The notes beneath the pieces are model-generated. The model did no database searches, had not been told where the DNA came from, and was given only the letters and a program-made list of their open reading frames with translations. From the NCBI GenBank assembly GCA_043803405.1, contig JAZDKB010000029.1:1-64000 (forward strand): a stretch of 64,000 nt of DNA, written 5' to 3'. Below are positions 20,135-29,980 of the stretch, in pieces. The position numbers and the translations under genes were made by a program. Positions within the stretch are counted from its first letter, which is position 1. Each line of letters begins with the position of its first letter. This DNA is from Spirochaetota bacterium. Its GTDB lineage: Bacteria > Spirochaetota > UBA4802 > JAFGDQ01.

Positions 20135-22363
20135 ATGAAGGGTTTCAATCCATTAGTTTCAATTGTAATGCCTGTATATAACGGTTCGGATTATATGCGG
20201 GAAGCAATTGACAGTGCAATAAATCAGACTTACAAAAATATTGAGATAATTGTTGTTAATGACGGCTCCAAAGATAACACAGAAGAAATAGCTTTAAGTT
20301 ACGGGAATAAGATAAGATATATAAAAAAAGAGAATGGCGGCACTTCAACAGCATTGAATGTTGGCATTAAAAATATGAAGGGGGATTACTTTTCATGGCT
20401 CAGTCATGATGACATGTATACCCCCGATAAAATCAAAAGACAGGTTGATGAACTGTCAAAATTGAATAATAAAAATACGGTAATAAGAGCCTCACTAAGT
20501 GTTATAAATGAAAAATATGAAACAATTTATTGTACTAACTTTATTGAACATCAACAGGCATACCCATCCAGAGGAAGATCAAAATATTATCCGGTAATTT
20601 TTAGTCAGGTGCAAGGTTGTGAATTACTGATCCCTAAAGTCGCTTTTCATGTTGTAGGTTTATTTGACGAGAAAGTGTTAGTCGCACAGGATTATGAATT
20701 TTTTTACAGACTTTTTCTTGAATTTCCCCAACAATTGATACCGGAAAGACTTGTCATTGCGAGACAAAGAAGTCAGGGGCAAGGACAGATTAAAGCTCAA
20801 TTGAGGATTGAAGAATATAGTAAATTGTTTATTTCTATATTGGAGCGATTAACGGTGGAAGATATCAAGTTATTAGCTCCATCCAAGTTGGAATTTTATC
20901 GAGAATTAGCAGAAATTTTATCAAACTCAGGCCATAATATTGCTGTTGATTATATACATAATAAAACATTATTAAATCTTCAGATTTGTTTTAAAGATTT
21001 GGTCGGCAATAAATTTAATGGCTATGATATGCACCATTACCTGAGAGCAAAAGATATTGATTCAAAAATGCTGGTCCAAAATAAGTTTTCAAATGATGAC
21101 ACCGTGCTTGAGTATAACTTTGATGATCACAACTCAACTCGTAATTTATTAAGAAATAAATTATTTTTAAATTCAGTTATTGTTCATTTGCATTTGATTC
21201 ATAGCATCATTCATAATAACTCTTTTGATTTAAATTATTTACCAATCATTACAAAACTAAAACCTGTAATTATTACATTGCATGATTCATATTTTTTAGG
21301 CGCACACTGTATACATCATTTTGATTGCACCAAATGGCAGTCCCATTGTTTTGATTGCCAATACTTAGATAAGTCTTTCGTAATCAATGACGATGATACA
21401 GCTTTAAGATTTGAATTGCTAAAACAGATAATTCAAAATTCTGCTATTACTGCACTTGTAGCTTCAAAATGGATGGAGGATAAAGTAAAATTATCTCCAG
21501 TCTGGAAAGGGAAAAGGATTTATAAAGTTCCATTCGGGATAGATCAGATGCTGTTTAAGCCTGAAAAGATATCTGTTGCGAAGAAAAGGCTCGGAATTCA
21601 TCCTGATTCTGTTACTTTTATGTTTAGGGCTATCCCAGATATGTACGAGGGGCTAGATATAATTATCAATGCGTTTCAAAAGTTAAAAACGAATACTAAG
21701 TGCACAATTATTACAGTTGAGGGAACCGGCTTTCTGAATGGGCTTAAAGATAAATATAACATTATTGAATCCGGTTGTTTAAATAATGATAATAAGCTTG
21801 TTGAATTGTATCAGGCTTGCGATTTGTTTTTAATGCCCTCTAAACAGGAAACATTCGGAATGATGGCAATTGAGGCAATGAGTTGCGGTAAAATGATTTT
21901 ATCTCTGGCAACCACGGGAAGTGCCTTACCTGAAGTAATAAATGCTCCTGATTGCGGGATAGCAGTTGATGAGAGTGAATACTCATCGGAACTGCAGCGC
22001 CTGATAGATAATCCAGAAGAAATCGAAGAACGCGGCAGAAAGTCGCTCGAGTTTGCAAAAAAAAATTACGACAAAGATATATATTTAGATCGAATAATAG
22101 AAATATATAAAGAGGTGATTGCTAATCATAAAATCGATGAAAGCGTTAAATTGATAATACAACAGTTGCTAAAGCATTCAAACAGAGGCGCTTTCCCGAA
22201 AGATTCACGCTTTGCTGCATTATTTCATAAACTAATTAGGTATCGTCTTTTTAAGTACATCTGGCCTAAAATACGACCGCTGGTACTGGTCTATTATGTT
22301 TTTATTAACAAGTTACGTAATAGTCTCAAAACCTGTTCTCGGAGAGATTCATCATTATTTTAG
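20135..22363 (+). CDS. Bifunctional GT2 + GT4 glycosyltransferase
   Basis: N-terminal GT2 paralogous to 12903; C-terminal TLHD, HC..C..W..C..C, ETFGMMAIEAM. Confidence 0.9.
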   Translation: MKGFNPLVSIVMPVYNGSDYMREAIDSAINQTYKNIEIIVVNDGSKDNTEEIALSYGNKIRYIKKENGGTSTALNVGIKNMKGDYFSWLSHDDMYTPDKIKRQVDELSKLNNKNTVIRASLSVINEKYETIYCTNFIEHQQAYPSRGRSKYYPVIFSQVQGCELLIPKVAFHVVGLFDEKVLVAQDYEFFYRLFLEFPQQLIPERLVIARQRSQGQGQIKAQLRIEEYSKLFISILERLTVEDIKLLAPSKLEFYRELAEILSNSGHNIAVDYIHNKTLLNLQICFKDLVGNKFNGYDMHHYLRAKDIDSKMLVQNKFSNDDTVLEYNFDDHNSTRNLLRNKLFLNSVIVHLHLIHSIIHNNSFDLNYLPIITKLKPVIITLHDSYFLGAHCIHHFDCTKWQSHCFDCQYLDKSFVINDDDTALRFELLKQIIQNSAITALVASKWMEDKVKLSPVWKGKRIYKVPFGIDQMLFKPEKISVAKKRLGIHPDSVTFMFRAIPDMYEGLDIIINAFQKLKTNTKCTIITVEGTGFLNGLKDKYNIIESGCLNNDNKLVELYQACDLFLMPSKQETFGMMAIEAMSCGKMILSLATTGSALPEVINAPDCGIAVDESEYSSELQRLIDNPEEIEERGRKSLEFAKKNYDKDIYLDRIIEIYKEVIANHKIDESVKLIIQQLLKHSNRGAFPKDSRFAALFHKLIRYRLFKYIWPKIRPLVLVYYVFINKLRNSLKTCSRRDSSLF

Positions 22364-22581
22364 AAATGCGCATAAAAAATGAACTGTTTATATTTTTCAC
22401 CTCTACGTGATATAGCTTTTACCTCCCAGTTTATGAGCTGTTACGAGACCACTTGTAAAGGTTAAAAAATTGTCTTGACGATGGAGTACGGTTCCAAGTT
22501 AATATTAATATTTTATTTTATTGAAATTCGATAAAAGAATAATAAAAATTATTTTAAATAATAAAAGGAATAAAATTTGTA

Positions 22582-23478
22582 GTGGGAGTAACTAATAAAA
22601 AAATTCTTATTCTTGGCGCTTCGGGTATGCTCGGGCATACTTTGTTATATGAATTGTTGAATAAAGGTTTTACTGTTTATGGAACCGTCAGGGATATGTC
22701 AAGTGTCCGTAATCATTTTCCTAATAACATGCTCGACAAGATAATTAATAATGTTAATGCAGGTAATATCAATTTGATTAAAGAAGTAATTGATAATCTT
22801 GATCCGGATATTGTAATAAATTGCATAGGTATAATCAAGCAAATTCCTGTCTCAAAAGAGCCGTTGCCAGTAATTGCAGTAAATTCTCTTTTCCCTCACC
22901 AAATCGCCTCAATCTGTAAAGAAAAAAATCGCAAAATGATCCACATAAGTACAGACTGCGTTTTTGATGGTAGAAAAGGTTTGTATACAGAAGATGATAG
23001 ATTATCTGCAGAAGATTTATATGGAATATCAAAGTATATGGGGGAAGTTAAATATGACCATACCCTAACCATAAGAACATCTATAATAGGACATGAACTT
23101 AATTCTAAACTAAGTCTCATAGAATGGTTTCTTTCTCAAAATACAGCAATTAATGGATATACGAAAGCCATATATACTGGTTTTCCAACGGTAGAAATAG
23201 CTAACATTATTGCAGATTATGTTATTCCTGATCAAAACCTTTCTGGGTTATATCATGTTTCATCTAACCCTATATCAAAATATGAACTGTTGAAAATTGT
23301 TTCAAAATTCTATGGAAAGAAGATTGAAATTAAGCAATATGATGATTTTTATGATAACAAATCTCTAGTTTCTGAAAGATTTAAATTAAAAACCGGGTAT
23401 AAACCGCCAGACTGGAATATTCTTATAGAAAAAATGTATGAAAATTTTAAACAATTTGGATATAAAAGAAATTTTTAA
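22582..23478 (+). CDS. RmlD-like (dTDP-4-dehydrorhamnose reductase family) SDR, probably a UDP-4-keto-HexNAc reductase
   Basis: GASGMLG, HISTDCVFDG, YGISK; adjacent to fnlA/fnlC. Confidence 0.85.
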   Translation: MGVTNKKILILGASGMLGHTLLYELLNKGFTVYGTVRDMSSVRNHFPNNMLDKIINNVNAGNINLIKEVIDNLDPDIVINCIGIIKQIPVSKEPLPVIAVNSLFPHQIASICKEKNRKMIHISTDCVFDGRKGLYTEDDRLSAEDLYGISKYMGEVKYDHTLTIRTSIIGHELNSKLSLIEWFLSQNTAINGYTKAIYTGFPTVEIANIIADYVIPDQNLSGLYHVSSNPISKYELLKIVSKFYGKKIEIKQYDDFYDNKSLVSERFKLKTGYKPPDWNILIEKMYENFKQFGYKRNF

Positions 23479-23492
23479 TTTATCGAGGGGAT

Positions 23493-24518
23493 ATGTTCAA
23501 AGGAAAAACTTTATTAATAACAGGTGGTACGGGCTCATTTGGGAATGCTGTTCTTAATCGCTTTTTGCACACAGATATAAAGGAAATTCGTATTTTCAGC
23601 AGGGATGAGAAAAAACAAGAGGATATGCGGATTAGACTTAACAACGATAAGGTAAAGTTTTATATAGGAGATGTACGGGATTATAATAGTGTGAATTTCG
23701 CTATGCCTGAAGTCGATTATATATTTCATGCGGCGGCTTTAAAGCAGGTTCCATCTTGTGAATTTTATCCTTTGGAAGCAGTGCGTACAAATATTCTTGG
23801 TACGGAAAATGTTCTAAATGCAGCTGTAGCAAATAAGGTTAGAAGAGTGATTGTATTAAGTACAGATAAAGCAGTATATCCAATTAATGCCATGGGTCTA
23901 ACAAAAGCTCTTCTTGAAAAGGTCATGATTGCAAAATCAAGAATAGTTGGCGGAACAGAAACGATTTTATGCGGGACCAGATATGGGAATGTTATGGCAT
24001 CTCGAGGTTCAGTTATACCTCTTTTTATAGATCAAATAATGAATAAAAAGCCAATAACAATTACAGATCCTAATATGACACGCTTTTTAATGTCAATTGA
24101 TAATGCAGTTGATCTTGTATTGTATGCTTTTCAACACGGTAAACAGGGAGATATGTTTATACAGAAATCCCCAGCTTCTACTATTAAAGATCTTGCAACG
24201 GCGATAGTTGAAATTTTAGGTATTAAAAATGAAATTAAAATAATTGGTACGAGACACGGGGAAAAATTATACGAAACCCTTGTCACCAGAGAAGAGATGG
24301 TTAGAGCTGTAGATCTTGGAGGTTACTATAGGGTTCCAGCTGATAATAGAGACCTTAATTATAACAAATACTTTGTTGAAGGTGAAATTAAAGTATCCGG
24401 ACAAGAGGATTACAACTCCCATAATACTCATAGGTTGGATGTTGAGGGAGTAAAAAATTTGTTATTAACCCTTGAAGAAGTCCAGGATGCATTAAAAGAA
24501 ATCGGGAAAAAACAATGA
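23493..24518 (+). CDS. fnlA: UDP-GlcNAc 4,6-dehydratase/5-epimerase (FnlA/CapE/WbjB)
   Basis: GGTGSFGN, HAAALKQVPSCEF, LSTDKAVYPIN, RDLNY, YNSHNT. Confidence 0.93.
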   Translation: MFKGKTLLITGGTGSFGNAVLNRFLHTDIKEIRIFSRDEKKQEDMRIRLNNDKVKFYIGDVRDYNSVNFAMPEVDYIFHAAALKQVPSCEFYPLEAVRTNILGTENVLNAAVANKVRRVIVLSTDKAVYPINAMGLTKALLEKVMIAKSRIVGGTETILCGTRYGNVMASRGSVIPLFIDQIMNKKPITITDPNMTRFLMSIDNAVDLVLYAFQHGKQGDMFIQKSPASTIKDLATAIVEILGIKNEIKIIGTRHGEKLYETLVTREEMVRAVDLGGYYRVPADNRDLNYNKYFVEGEIKVSGQEDYNSHNTHRLDVEGVKNLLLTLEEVQDALKEIGKKQ

Positions 24519-25639
24519 AAGTGATGACTGTTGTGGGAACAAGACCTGAAATAATCAGGCTTTCCCGTGTAATTGCCAAACTGGATAAATATACGAATCA
24601 TATTCTTGTTCACAGTGGGCAGAACTATGATTATGAATTAAATAAAATTTTTTTTGATGATCTGGATATTAGAAAACCGGATTATTTTTTGGATGCAGCT
24701 GCTTCATCTCTTGCTCAAACAATAGGGAACATAATTATTAAAATAGATGAAGTTTTTGAAAAGGAAAAACCTGACGTATTTCTTGTTCTTGGTGATACTA
24801 ATAGCTGCCTGTCTGTGATATCTGCTAAAAGAAGGAAAATCCCGATCTTCCATATGGAAGCCGGTAATAGATGCTTTGACCAGAGAGTTCCTGAAGAAAC
24901 TAACAGAAAAATTGTCGATAGTATATCTGACATTAATATGCCCTATAGCTCAATTGCCCGTGAATATTTAATATCAGAAGGTTTTCCTCCAGAACGGATC
25001 ATTAAAACAGGAAGTCCTATGTTTGAAGTGATTGAATTTTATCGCGATAAGATTGAGAAATGTGATATAGTCGAAAGACTTGGACTTGAAAAACATAAGT
25101 ATTTTGTAGTAAGTTCCCATAGAGAAGAAAATGTTGATGATAATTTAAGAATTCAAAAAATTGCTGAAATTTTGAATTCAATCTGCAAAAATTATAAGTT
25201 TCCGGTAATTTTTTCAACACACCCTAGAACGAGAAAAAGGATCGATAACTATTCAATCAAATTCCATAAACTCATCAGATCAATAAAACCTCTTGGTTTT
25301 ATTGATTATATAAAGCTTCAACAGAATGCTTATTGTGTAATTTCGGATAGTGGAACAATTACCGAAGAATCCTCCATAATGAATTTTCCGGCTTTAAATT
25401 TAAGAGAATCACATGAAAGGCCAGAAGGTATGGAAGAGGGAGCTGTAATTATGACAGGGCTTAGTAAAACAAGAGTTTTAGAATCCATACCTTTAGCTAT
25501 ATGTCAACCGCGTGGTTTAGAACGATCATTTAAAATGGTTGGTGATTACAATGTTTCCAATGTATCTGAGAAAGTATTAAGAATAATAACAAGTTATACA
25601 GATTATGTGAAGCGTAGGGTATGGAATATAAATGATTAA
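24515..25639 (+). CDS. fnlC: UDP-N-acetylhexosamine 2-epimerase, non-hydrolysing (FnlC/WbjD type)
   Basis: VGTRPEIIRLS, HMEAGNRCFD, SDSGTITEE, HERPEGM. Confidence 0.9.
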   Translation: MKVMTVVGTRPEIIRLSRVIAKLDKYTNHILVHSGQNYDYELNKIFFDDLDIRKPDYFLDAAASSLAQTIGNIIIKIDEVFEKEKPDVFLVLGDTNSCLSVISAKRRKIPIFHMEAGNRCFDQRVPEETNRKIVDSISDINMPYSSIAREYLISEGFPPERIIKTGSPMFEVIEFYRDKIEKCDIVERLGLEKHKYFVVSSHREENVDDNLRIQKIAEILNSICKNYKFPVIFSTHPRTRKRIDNYSIKFHKLIRSIKPLGFIDYIKLQQNAYCVISDSGTITEESSIMNFPALNLRESHERPEGMEEGAVIMTGLSKTRVLESIPLAICQPRGLERSFKMVGDYNVSNVSEKVLRIITSYTDYVKRRVWNIND

Positions 25640-25683
25640 TGATCCTGTCAATCCACTCGTGTCTATTGTAATCCCTGTTTATA
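25632..25683 (+). pseudogene. N-terminal remnant of a GT2 glycosyltransferase
   Basis: MINDPVNPLVSIVIPVY matches the N-termini of ORFs 12903 and 20135, then breaks into unrelated sequence; overlaps the fnlC stop. Confidence 0.8.
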
Positions 25684-25907
25684 TGCCCGTGTTGATCAAA
25701 AAAATTTTTATATTTAGGCATTTACTTTTCTTTAAAAGAAAGCTGTTCTGCATCTGGTCGTTCTCCGGCTTTTCAGTAATCATCGTCTATTTTGTTTACT
25801 TTAGGCTTTTCTGTTAAGTATGTTGTTGCTTTTAGATTCGTTTATATTTGAGATACTGTTAAGTAAAAGAAAAACACAGTAAGTCGGCGCTAAATAATAT
25901 TCCGTTT

Positions 25908-25930
25908 TCTGATTGACATAACTAATCAGA
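25908..25930 (+). promoter_or_regulatory. Palindrome TCTGATT-N9-AATCAGA overlapping a TTGACA -35 hexamer
   Basis: TTGACA at 25913-25918 overlaps the left arm; upstream of the DUF1566-like gene. Confidence 0.4.
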
Positions 25931-26034
25931 CCTGGACTTAATTTATAGACAGTACTCTGAATTTATTAATGAAAGTATAGAAAAGCACCTAAGAATCACA
26001 AACCTTTACATTTTCGGCAAAAACTGGGCTTGAG

Positions 26035-27000
26035 TTGGTATTTAATAAAGAGCCCGCGTCTGTGCAGGCTTATGAAAGGTTACTGAAGACAGTATTATCT
26101 TTAAAAATACTTTTTTTAGAGGTTTTCAAAATCAATTCTAAAACGAGATACATTGTTTTTTGTGTTGCATTAGCATGTGCACTTCTACTGGTGGATTTCG
26201 GTTGTACACACGATGGAGTCACGACAACAGCGGTCGTATTCCAGGATGCCGTTCAAACCGGCGGGACATCGGGCATAGCCGACTCAACAGCTCTGATTCT
26301 TACCTTTGATGTTGACCCGACTACATTGGCAGTCAGCGACATCATGGTAACCGGAGCAACTAAGGGTTCTTTAAGTGGGACGGGTACAACAAGAACACTT
26401 GCTATATTTAACATAACGGTAGCCAACGGTGCAACTGTGTCTATTGCTATATCAAAGAGTGGTTTTACGATCACAGGTTCGCCTCAGACAGCGGTGGTGT
26501 ATCGAGCACTAACTATCGGTATGGCTTATCAGGGTGGAATTATTGCCTATATCTTGCAATACGGTGATCCGGGTTATTTATCAGGTCAAACTCACGGACT
26601 TATAGCATCAACGACTGATTTAAGTACCGGAATTCAATGGTATAATAATAATTATATAGCCATAGGAGTAACAAGGACAGAACTGGGCACTGGTCAATCA
26701 AATACTACAGCAATTGTAAATAGGCAGGGAGCGGGAAGCTATGCAGCACAACTTTGTGATGATTATACAAATGAAGACAACGGAACAGGCATTTACTCTG
26801 ACTGGTATTTGCCGTCAAAAGATGAGCTGAACAAACTCTATCTAAATAAAACGGCTGTTGGTGGATTTGTCAATGGTTACCATTGGTCGTCGTCCGAGTA
26901 CGATTATATCAAGGTGTGGCTCCAGGGCTTCGCCGATGGTTACCAGGACCCCTACGCTAAGTACTATCTCCTTAAGGTTCGGGCTGTCCGGACTTTTTAA
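26035..27000 (+). CDS. DUF1566/Lcl-type (C-type lectin fold) putative lipoprotein with a Thr-rich Ig-like domain; candidate DGR target
   Basis: IG..YQGGIIAY, GTGQSNT.AI, DWYLPSKDEL, WSSSE...W...F..G.Q....K.....VRAVR.F; hydrophobic stretch ending LVDFG-C. Confidence 0.8.
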   Translation: MVFNKEPASVQAYERLLKTVLSLKILFLEVFKINSKTRYIVFCVALACALLLVDFGCTHDGVTTTAVVFQDAVQTGGTSGIADSTALILTFDVDPTTLAVSDIMVTGATKGSLSGTGTTRTLAIFNITVANGATVSIAISKSGFTITGSPQTAVVYRALTIGMAYQGGIIAYILQYGDPGYLSGQTHGLIASTTDLSTGIQWYNNNYIAIGVTRTELGTGQSNTTAIVNRQGAGSYAAQLCDDYTNEDNGTGIYSDWYLPSKDELNKLYLNKTAVGGFVNGYHWSSSEYDYIKVWLQGFADGYQDPYAKYYLLKVRAVRTF

Positions 27001-27326
27001 CTATTTAATCTTTTAACAATTAGGGATTATAAGAAACTTACTCTCTTAGTTGTAAATGGTAATATATTTAGATATTAAATAGCACATTCCTGATCAGTAT
27101 AGAGCTCATAAAAAAATTTATAATATTTAAAAAGGAGGACGGCATCTTTTTTTAATTCCTTTTTTACATGCCGATTATTTTGATAAAAATTTTGCTGTAA
27201 TAGAGAAAATAAGCAATACAAAGTTTCTTACAATACCAATTTACCATAGAGACCCTATTGGAACAGAAAGAGCACTTTTTTTAATATTTTTTCTCTTAGA
27301 ATGTTAATAAAATTGAAAGAAATCAG

Positions 27327-27497
27327 ATTCACTATAAAAGCTCAACCACTGGACATTTCAGTGACCGGGAAACAAGGGATGCGGAAGCAATACATTTCAG
27401 GAAGAAGTGGATGCATGTAATTAACAAAGGTGATCTATATTATAATCCAAACCTTGCAGATGACTTTACAGTAAAGACTAATACATTCAGTGATTAA
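27327..27497 (+). pseudogene. C-terminal remnant of a GT2 glycosyltransferase
   Basis: Translates to IHYKSSTTGHFSDRETRDAEAIHFRKKWMHVINKGDLYYNPNLADDFTVKTNTFSD*, resembling the H.ES..G...KW...DPYYNPNL tail of O-antigen GT2s. Confidence 0.7.
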
Positions 27498-27554
27498 ATA
27501 TTTTTGAAGTTTACAATAACAGGCTATTTTACATATGTATAAATGAACAGTTTA

Positions 27555-28406
27555 CTATGGTTTCTTGCATCGAAAGGCAAGGATAAAGCAATGTTCGGCA
27601 TCCTCATATAATCCGGCATTATGTAATAGTTCAGATTCTATATAGCTATGCTCTTCACAAGATTGTGGGACCCAGCCAATACCTTTAGTATCAATTATCT
27701 CAAATCCAACGCCACTGAGAAGAACTGTCATTTCTGTTTTTGAATACTCATACTTGTGATCAGGATCTACGAAACCGCGCTGTTTCAGTCTTGCTACAGA
27801 AGAATTAACTGTATCAAGGCACAGTATTCCTCCAGGTCGGAGGATACGGTATGCCTCTTTTAGTGCTAGGCGTGCTTCTTCCTTGGATACGTGCTCTATT
27901 GATTGACCTGATTGAATCATGTCAGCCCAATTATCGGCTATGCTGTTTATCTTATGCATTGGGGTATATAAATAACGAATAATACCTTTTTTAAAAGGAA
28001 TAGGTTCTTCATATGTCTGGTACCCTGATTGATATAGCTCATGACGATCAGTGATAGGCAAATCAACAATAATTAATTCTGAAAAATCATATGGATATCC
28101 CATTGCTACAAGTCCGCCAAATTTATTATCTCGGGCTGCACCTCCAAGGTCAACTATCCTCGATGCTTTTGGGAATGTTTTAACGAGCATTATTCTGCTG
28201 AAATGTAATGCATAACCATGCCTGGCAAAAGGCCAGGTTCCTGCTGCCATGTATGAAATTAACTCATTTTCTTTATGTAAAGAATGCTGAATAGGGATGA
28301 GTTGATCTGCGAGGGATATAGCAAAATGTCGTTTGATAGATTCTGTCATTTTTGGCATCAGCATCTTAAACATTTTCCATAGGAGCATAATAATTTTGAT
28401 TATCAT
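27555..28406 (-). CDS. Class I SAM-dependent methyltransferase
   Basis: IVDLGGA, GQSIEHV, AYRILRPGG, HKYEY. Confidence 0.85.
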   Translation of the reverse strand: MIIKIIMLLWKMFKMLMPKMTESIKRHFAISLADQLIPIQHSLHKENELISYMAAGTWPFARHGYALHFSRIMLVKTFPKASRIVDLGGAARDNKFGGLVAMGYPYDFSELIIVDLPITDRHELYQSGYQTYEEPIPFKKGIIRYLYTPMHKINSIADNWADMIQSGQSIEHVSKEEARLALKEAYRILRPGGILCLDTVNSSVARLKQRGFVDPDHKYEYSKTEMTVLLSGVGFEIIDTKGIGWVPQSCEEHSYIESELLHNAGLYEDAEHCFILAFRCKKP

Positions 28407-28492
28407 AATTTAAAGTATCGATTCTTATTAGAAAAGTAATTATACTGTGAAATACAAAATTAACAATAAATAACTCGAGTTATTCATATTAA

Positions 28493-28551
28493 GAGCCTGT
28501 TTAAAATCTTTTTTCAATAAAAACTACAAAAGCAAGTACCACCATTTGCAA
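28493..28551 (-). mobile_element. IS5-family transposase 3' end plus terminal inverted repeat (remnant)
   Basis: Minus strand reads LQMVVLAFVVFIEKRF* followed directly by ACAGGCTC; on + strand GAGCCTGTTTAAAATC preceded by TAA. Confidence 0.6.
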
Positions 28552-28891
28552 ACAGCCCATTTTGGCATTGTATCTGAAACTATAGATTATTCCAAAAGTT
28601 TTGCGACTTTTCATATAAACGTTCAATTAGCAATAAAGCGAACATAAGACAAATATCTTTTTAAAAGTTTTATTCAAAGTACATTCTAAAAATAAGTTCT
28701 TCATCGCTGTACGATTTTGTAAAGAAATAAAATAGTGGAGTAAAAGAAAAACTTCCAACTTATTTTCCCGTTGACAATTTAAATGTCCTTAATTTATTTT
28801 ATTGCGAAGATAACATGGGGAGTTTTGTATTAGAAATAGTTTCGAAATTTCTGACAATATTTATTTTTCATTATCAGAGCAGGATATTTTA

Positions 28892-29980
28892 ATGCAAATT
28901 GTAATTTCAACTATTGCCCTTGCTCAGGGTGACGCTACAGGCAACGATATCTATTACGAATATCAAACCCTCAAAGAAGAAGGTTTTGATGTATGCTTAT
29001 ACGCAGAACAATATGACAGTTTTTATGCTTCATTTATAATAAGTCCCAAAAAGCTAAATGAGATTATATCTTTTAAAGAAAATTTGCTTATATATCATCA
29101 TGGGATTTACTGGGAACAGGGCGGGCAAATAATTAATAATGCCGGCTGCAAAGTGATAATGAAATATCACAATATTACACCAGCCGATTTTTTTAAAGAA
29201 TACAATACAGTTTATTATAATGATTCATTTCTGGGAAGAAAGCAAACAGAGCAGTTTGCAGGCAATAATAAATTTAACTTGTTTTTAGCAGATTCAGAAT
29301 ACAATGCCGGGGAAATAGAAGATTATAGAGTTCCAAAAGAAAAAATTTTCGTATTGCCTCCATTTAATAAAATACATGATTTCGACTCAGTAAAATTAAA
29401 CCTGAAGCTACTTGAAAAATTACAGGATGGGGAAATAAATTTATTATTTGTAAGCCGGGTTTTACCGCATAAAGGTCTTCATCATATTATTGAAGTACTT
29501 AAACAATATATCAATTATTATGGTGATGCGATACGACTGAATATAATTGGAGGTATCGATACAGAATTAAATAAATATATGAATGAGCTTGAAGAACTCA
29601 TTTGTCAAAATCATTTAGAGGAATATGTCTTCTTCCGTGGCAAAGTCAGCTTTAGCGAATTAAAGACATATTATGCATCCTCGAATGTTCTGCTGGTCAT
29701 GTCCGAACACGAAGGCTTTTGCCTGCCAATCATAGAAGCGCAATATAATAAATTGCCTGTTATAGCTCTGGACAGATGCGCTGTTAAGGATACGCTTGGC
29801 AAAGAGCAGCTTGTGTTTCAAGATATTGATTATAAATTGTTTGCATCTGCAATTCATATCATTGTGAAAAATAATCATATACGAAATTATCTTTCAGATT
29901 CTGGATATAAGAATTACTTAATATACAATAAAATAAATTTATCAAAAAAATTTTTAGATATTATTAATGAGATCTTCTAA
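28892..29980 (+). CDS. Glycosyltransferase family 4
   Basis: GDATGN, YHNITP, SEHEGFCLPIIEA. Confidence 0.92.
   Translation: MQIVISTIALAQGDATGNDIYYEYQTLKEEGFDVCLYAEQYDSFYASFIISPKKLNEIISFKENLLIYHHGIYWEQGGQIINNAGCKVIMKYHNITPADFFKEYNTVYYNDSFLGRKQTEQFAGNNKFNLFLADSEYNAGEIEDYRVPKEKIFVLPPFNKIHDFDSVKLNLKLLEKLQDGEINLLFVSRVLPHKGLHHIIEVLKQYINYYGDAIRLNIIGGIDTELNKYMNELEELICQNHLEEYVFFRGKVSFSELKTYYASSNVLLVMSEHEGFCLPIIEAQYNKLPVIALDRCAVKDTLGKEQLVFQDIDYKLFASAIHIIVKNNHIRNYLSDSGYKNYLIYNKINLSKKFLDIINEIF

Noticed and set aside
25684..25817. Hydrophobic remainder of the 61-aa ORF 25632-25817 as a small membrane protein
   Set aside because: Better explained as read-through from the truncated GT2 start into T-rich inserted DNA
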